A DNA stretch of 10,308 nucleotides. It comes from Candidatus Methylomirabilota bacterium. Lineage in GTDB: Bacteria; Methylomirabilota; Methylomirabilia; Rokubacteriales; CSP1-6. A model generated the notes under the pieces. It was not told the DNA's origin. It searched no databases and saw only the letters and a program-made list of their open reading frames with translations. The stretch covers positions 1-10,308 of the forward strand of contig JBKPAK010000154.1 in assembly GCA_046726415.1 (NCBI GenBank), read 5' to 3'. Positions within the stretch are counted from its first letter, which is position 1. Every line of letters starts with the position of its first letter. Position numbers and translations under genes: made by a program. Of the stretch, positions 7,530 to 10,308 are shown one piece after another.

Positions 7530-8537
7530 TCACCGGGGCGCGAAGAGGTCGACGATGCGGGGAGTCTGGTGTGCCGCCGCGGGGCGGAGGATCGGCAACT
7601 TCACGCCGGCCGCTCGGTAGCGGTCAACCCGTCGGCCGATCTCATCGGGCGTGCCGCTGGCCGTGAGCCCTTCGATCCACGACGCCGGGATGGCGCGGGC
7701 GAGGCCCTCGGGGCCGCCCGCGGCAAAAGCCGTCTCGAAGCGCGGCAGTTCGGCCCCATCGATCCATGGCTCGCCGACGCGCATGCGCGGAGCGGCCTGG
7801 CTTTGGAACTTGCCGGGATGGAACTTGCTCGCGACCTCCCAGCGCACGGCGTCCAGCGCCGCTGCGTGGTCGTCGTCCACGGAGGTGTTGATGAGCTGCG
7901 CGACTTCGAAAGATCCCCAATCGCGCCCCGACTCCTCGGCGGCCTGCCGCACGATCCGCACGGCGTTCGCCGAGTATTCCGGCGACGCTACGGTATTGAG
8001 AAGCACGCCGTCGCCGATCCGGCCGGCCAGGCGCAGGCCGGTCGCGCTCGTGGCGGCAATCCACAGCGGGACGTGTCGCCGTCGCGGCTTCCAGCCGAGC
8101 TCAGCATCCTCGAAGGCCACGGTCGTCCCTTGGTAGCTCACGCGCTCGCCCGTGAGGACCAGACGAATGGCCTCGATCCATTCGGCCAACGCGGTGGGCG
8201 GGTCCATGGGTGGGAAGCCGAAGCGGCGGGCGTGCAGGGTCGTCGCCGCACCCGGGCACAGGACCATCCGGCCGCCGGACAGCTCGTCGAGGGAGGCGAG
8301 CGTCTGGGCCATGGTCACCGGGCTTCGCAGCCGGACCACCTGCGTGCAGCCGAGCGCGATGCTCCGGGAGGCGAGCGCGAAGGCGGCCAAGGCGGTGACC
8401 GAGTCGCGCATGAGCGCGAAGGCCTCCGAGAAGAACGCGATCTCGTACCCGCGCTCGTCGACGTCGCGCACCGTGCGGGCGAAGGCCCGAACGTCGAGCG
8501 CGGGGTCGTATCCGGTGGCGATTCCAATCCTGGTCAT
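7530..8537 (-). CDS. LLM-class (luciferase-like, Mer-like) flavin-dependent oxidoreductase
   Basis: About 335 aa from ATG 8537 (or 8540), GGAG upstream. RSPVTMAQTLASLDELSGGRMVL, IRLVLTGERVSYQG, VPLWIAATSATGLRLAGRIGDGVLLN, GTPDEIGRRVDRYRAAGV. Confidence 0.9.
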   Translation of the reverse strand: MTRIGIATGYDPALDVRAFARTVRDVDERGYEIAFFSEAFALMRDSVTALAAFALASRSIALGCTQVVRLRSPVTMAQTLASLDELSGGRMVLCPGAATTLHARRFGFPPMDPPTALAEWIEAIRLVLTGERVSYQGTTVAFEDAELGWKPRRRHVPLWIAATSATGLRLAGRIGDGVLLNTVASPEYSANAVRIVRQAAEESGRDWGSFEVAQLINTSVDDDHAAALDAVRWEVASKFHPGKFQSQAAPRMRVGEPWIDGAELPRFETAFAAGGPEGLARAIPASWIEGLTASGTPDEIGRRVDRYRAAGVKLPILRPAAAHQTPRIVDLFAPR

Positions 8538-8581
8538 CATGCTCCGCCGGCGTGTCGCCCGTCCTGTTGCGGCGCCTTTGC

Positions 8582-8590
8582 ACCATAGCA
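8582..8590 (-). promoter_or_regulatory. Possible extended -10 promoter for the LLM gene
   Basis: Minus strand TG-C-TATGGT about 45 nt upstream of the start; no recognisable -35. Confidence 0.3.
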
Positions 8591-8703
8591 CCAATGGAGC
8601 GGATGATCCCCGATCGGCTAGACAAGGCGCGCCCCCCGTGCCACACTCCGCCCACACCAACGCCGGGACAGGGCAGAGGCCTGTCCGCAGGAGGCTGGCG
8701 CGC

Positions 8704-8751
8704 ATGATCGACGTGTTGCCGGTCGAGGGCCGCGGGCCCGCTCGGGTCTGA
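8704..8751 (+). CDS. Possible 15-aa upstream ORF (MIDVLPVEGRGPARV)
   Basis: AGGAGG at 8689-8694, 9 nt before ATG 8704; TGA ends 18 nt before the permease GTG. Confidence 0.3.
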   Translation: MIDVLPVEGRGPARV

Positions 8752-8769
8752 CCGCGACGGCTGCGACTC

Positions 8770-9717
8770 GTGCGCCGCTACCTCCTTCGCCGGGTGACTC
8801 AGGGGACGGCGGTGCTGCTCGTCGTCAGTGCGGTGGTCTTTGCCATCGTCCACGCCGCGCCCGGTGGCCCGGCTCTCCTCAACAATCCGGATGTCGATCC
8901 CCGGATGGCCAAAGAAATGGAGAAGCTCCTGGGTCTCGACGATCCGATTCCCCTCCAGTACGCGCGCTGGCTCACGAAGGCGGTGCGAGGGAATCTCGGC
9001 CGCTCCTACCAGCACAGCATGAGCACGGCGGAGTTGCTCGGGACGCGCATCCCGAACCCCTTGCTGCTGTCGGGCACGGCCCTGCTCCTGGCCGTGGTGC
9101 TCGCCGTCCCGCTTGGCATGATCTCGGCGGTGTACCGGTACTCGACTCTCGACTACGTGGCGACGGTCACCGCCTTCTGCGGGGTGTCCATCCCGGTCTT
9201 CTGGCTCGCCATTCTGCTGATCATCGCGTTCTCGGTGACCCTCGGTTGGCTCCCGTCCTCCGGGATGCTCACGGTGGGGTTGCCGTTCTCGCTGAGCGAT
9301 CTTCTGCGGCACCTGATCATGCCGAGCATCGTGCTCGCCACGTTCCCGCTGGCTCAGCTCACGCGCTACGTCCGCTCGAGCATGGTGGAGGCCTTGGCCC
9401 AGGACTACGTGCGCACCGCCCGCGCCAAGGGGCTTCCCGAACGGGGGGTGCTGGGGCGGCACGCGCTTCGGAATGCGCTGATCCCCATGGTCACCGTGCT
9501 GGGCGTCCTGACGCCGCGCCTGGTGGGAGGCGCCGTGGTGACCGAGACGATCTTCGCCTGGCCCGGCCTCGGCCGGCTCGCCGTCGAGGCGGCGGTGACG
9601 CGCGACTATCCGGTGATTCTGGGGGCCACCTTGCTGGTCTCGACGCTCGTGGTGCTCTCGAATCTGATCACCGACCTCCTCTACGTGGTGATCGACCGGC
9701 GGATCGCGCTGCGGTGA
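8770..9717 (+). CDS. Peptide/nickel ABC transporter permease, DppB/OppB type
   Basis: 315 aa, GTG start. RYLLRR, APGGPA, LGLDDPIPLQYARWL..GNLGRSY, SIPVFWL, EAA loop QDYVRTARAKGL, HALRNALIP, ETIFAWPGLG, RDYPVI. Confidence 0.95.
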   Translation: MRRYLLRRVTQGTAVLLVVSAVVFAIVHAAPGGPALLNNPDVDPRMAKEMEKLLGLDDPIPLQYARWLTKAVRGNLGRSYQHSMSTAELLGTRIPNPLLLSGTALLLAVVLAVPLGMISAVYRYSTLDYVATVTAFCGVSIPVFWLAILLIIAFSVTLGWLPSSGMLTVGLPFSLSDLLRHLIMPSIVLATFPLAQLTRYVRSSMVEALAQDYVRTARAKGLPERGVLGRHALRNALIPMVTVLGVLTPRLVGGAVVTETIFAWPGLGRLAVEAAVTRDYPVILGATLLVSTLVVLSNLITDLLYVVIDRRIALR

Positions 9718-9800
9718 TGCGCGAGAATCCGGAAGCGCGAGGGGGGCGTCGCCCCCTCCGCATACCAAGACCGGTGCCGCCGCTCAGGGCCAGGTGATGC
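9713..9800 (+). mobile_element. Candidate 80-bp non-autonomous palindromic insertion flanked by 8-bp direct repeats
   Basis: GGTGATGC at 9713-9720 and 9793-9800; internal hairpin GGGGGC-GTC-GCCCCC at 9742-9756; open frame 9717-9797. Confidence 0.5.
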
Positions 9801-10308
9801 ACACGGCTGTTCTCGAGCGGAGCATTGGGCACCCCATCGCCACCACGGGCGGCCTCTCCGATGCCTGGCGTCGCTTCCGGCGCAACCGCCTCGCCGTCCT
9901 CGCGTTCGCGTACCTGGTGCTCGTGCACGCCGGCGCGGCGCTGGCGCCATGGCTCGGTCTCCATGCGCCAGAGGCGATGGATCTCCTGAACCAGTTCGCG
10001 TCGCCCTCGCACGAGCATCTCCTGGGCACCGACGAGACGGGCCGCGACGTGCTCTCGCGTCTGGTCTACGGTGCGCGGACGTCGCTGATCATCGGCCTAG
10101 CCGCCATGGTAGTGGCGGTCGCCATCGGCATCGTCCTGGGGGCGCTCAGCGGGTTCTATGGCGGGCTCTCCGAGACGCTGATCATGCGGCTCACCGACGG
10201 GATGCTCACGGTCCCCACGTTCTTTCTGGCCCTCCTGGTGCTCGCCGTCTTTGGCTCGAACATCGCCAACGTGGTGCTGGTGATCGGGCTGACCGGCTGG
10301 ATGGTGGT
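9797..10308 (+). CDS. Peptide/nickel ABC transporter permease, DppC/OppC type (3' truncated by the window)
   Basis: Not in the ORF track because it has no stop in the window. Manual translation: MHTAVLERS..AWRRFRRNRLAVLAF..PSHEHLLGTDETGRDVLSRLVYGARTSLIIG..SGFYGG..IMRLTDGMLTVPTFFL. Confidence 0.93.
   Translation, partial: MHTAVLERSIGHPIATTGGLSDAWRRFRRNRLAVLAFAYLVLVHAGAALAPWLGLHAPEAMDLLNQFASPSHEHLLGTDETGRDVLSRLVYGARTSLIIGLAAMVVAVAIGIVLGALSGFYGGLSETLIMRLTDGMLTVPTFFLALLVLAVFGSNIANVVLVIGLTGWMV

Noticed and set aside
8541-8705. N-terminal extension of the LLM ORF (391-aa version)
   Set aside because: The LLM fold begins at MTRIGIA with GGAG just upstream; the extension crosses the divergent intergenic region.
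79-9768. Many long alternative-frame or antisense ORFs (e.g. 123-944, 1203-2153, 5194-6294, 7233-8588, 8101-9768)
   Set aside because: They are Arg/Ala/Pro/Gly-rich shadows of well-supported genes, expected at high GC, and carry no family motifs.

Overview
High-GC bacterial window (about 70% GC by eye). On the minus strand, in transcription order: an LLM-class flavin oxidoreductase; a frameshifted amidohydrolase-2 gene overlapping an IclR regulator; then a tightly spaced four-gene unit of a DpgC-like crotonase-fold dioxygenase, a BauB-like cupin, a RidA-family protein and a fused ADP-forming acyl-CoA synthetase. A decayed plus-strand extended-SDR (NAD_binding_4-like) remnant lies between iclR and the dpgC-like gene. 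Two Opp/Dpp-type ABC permeases diverge on the plus strand, the second truncated by the window end. Main observations: (1) a DpgC homolog without adjacent dpgA/B/D, grouped with a CoA ligase, suggesting an arylacetate activation/oxygenation module; (2) an 80-bp hairpin-bearing segment with 8-bp direct repeats at a TGATG junction that keeps stop/start coupling through a 26-aa mini-ORF, with a possibly analogous element at the left edge; (3) nested inverted repeats at the amidohydrolase-iclR promoter. Family calls come from motif recognition only; no searches were run.
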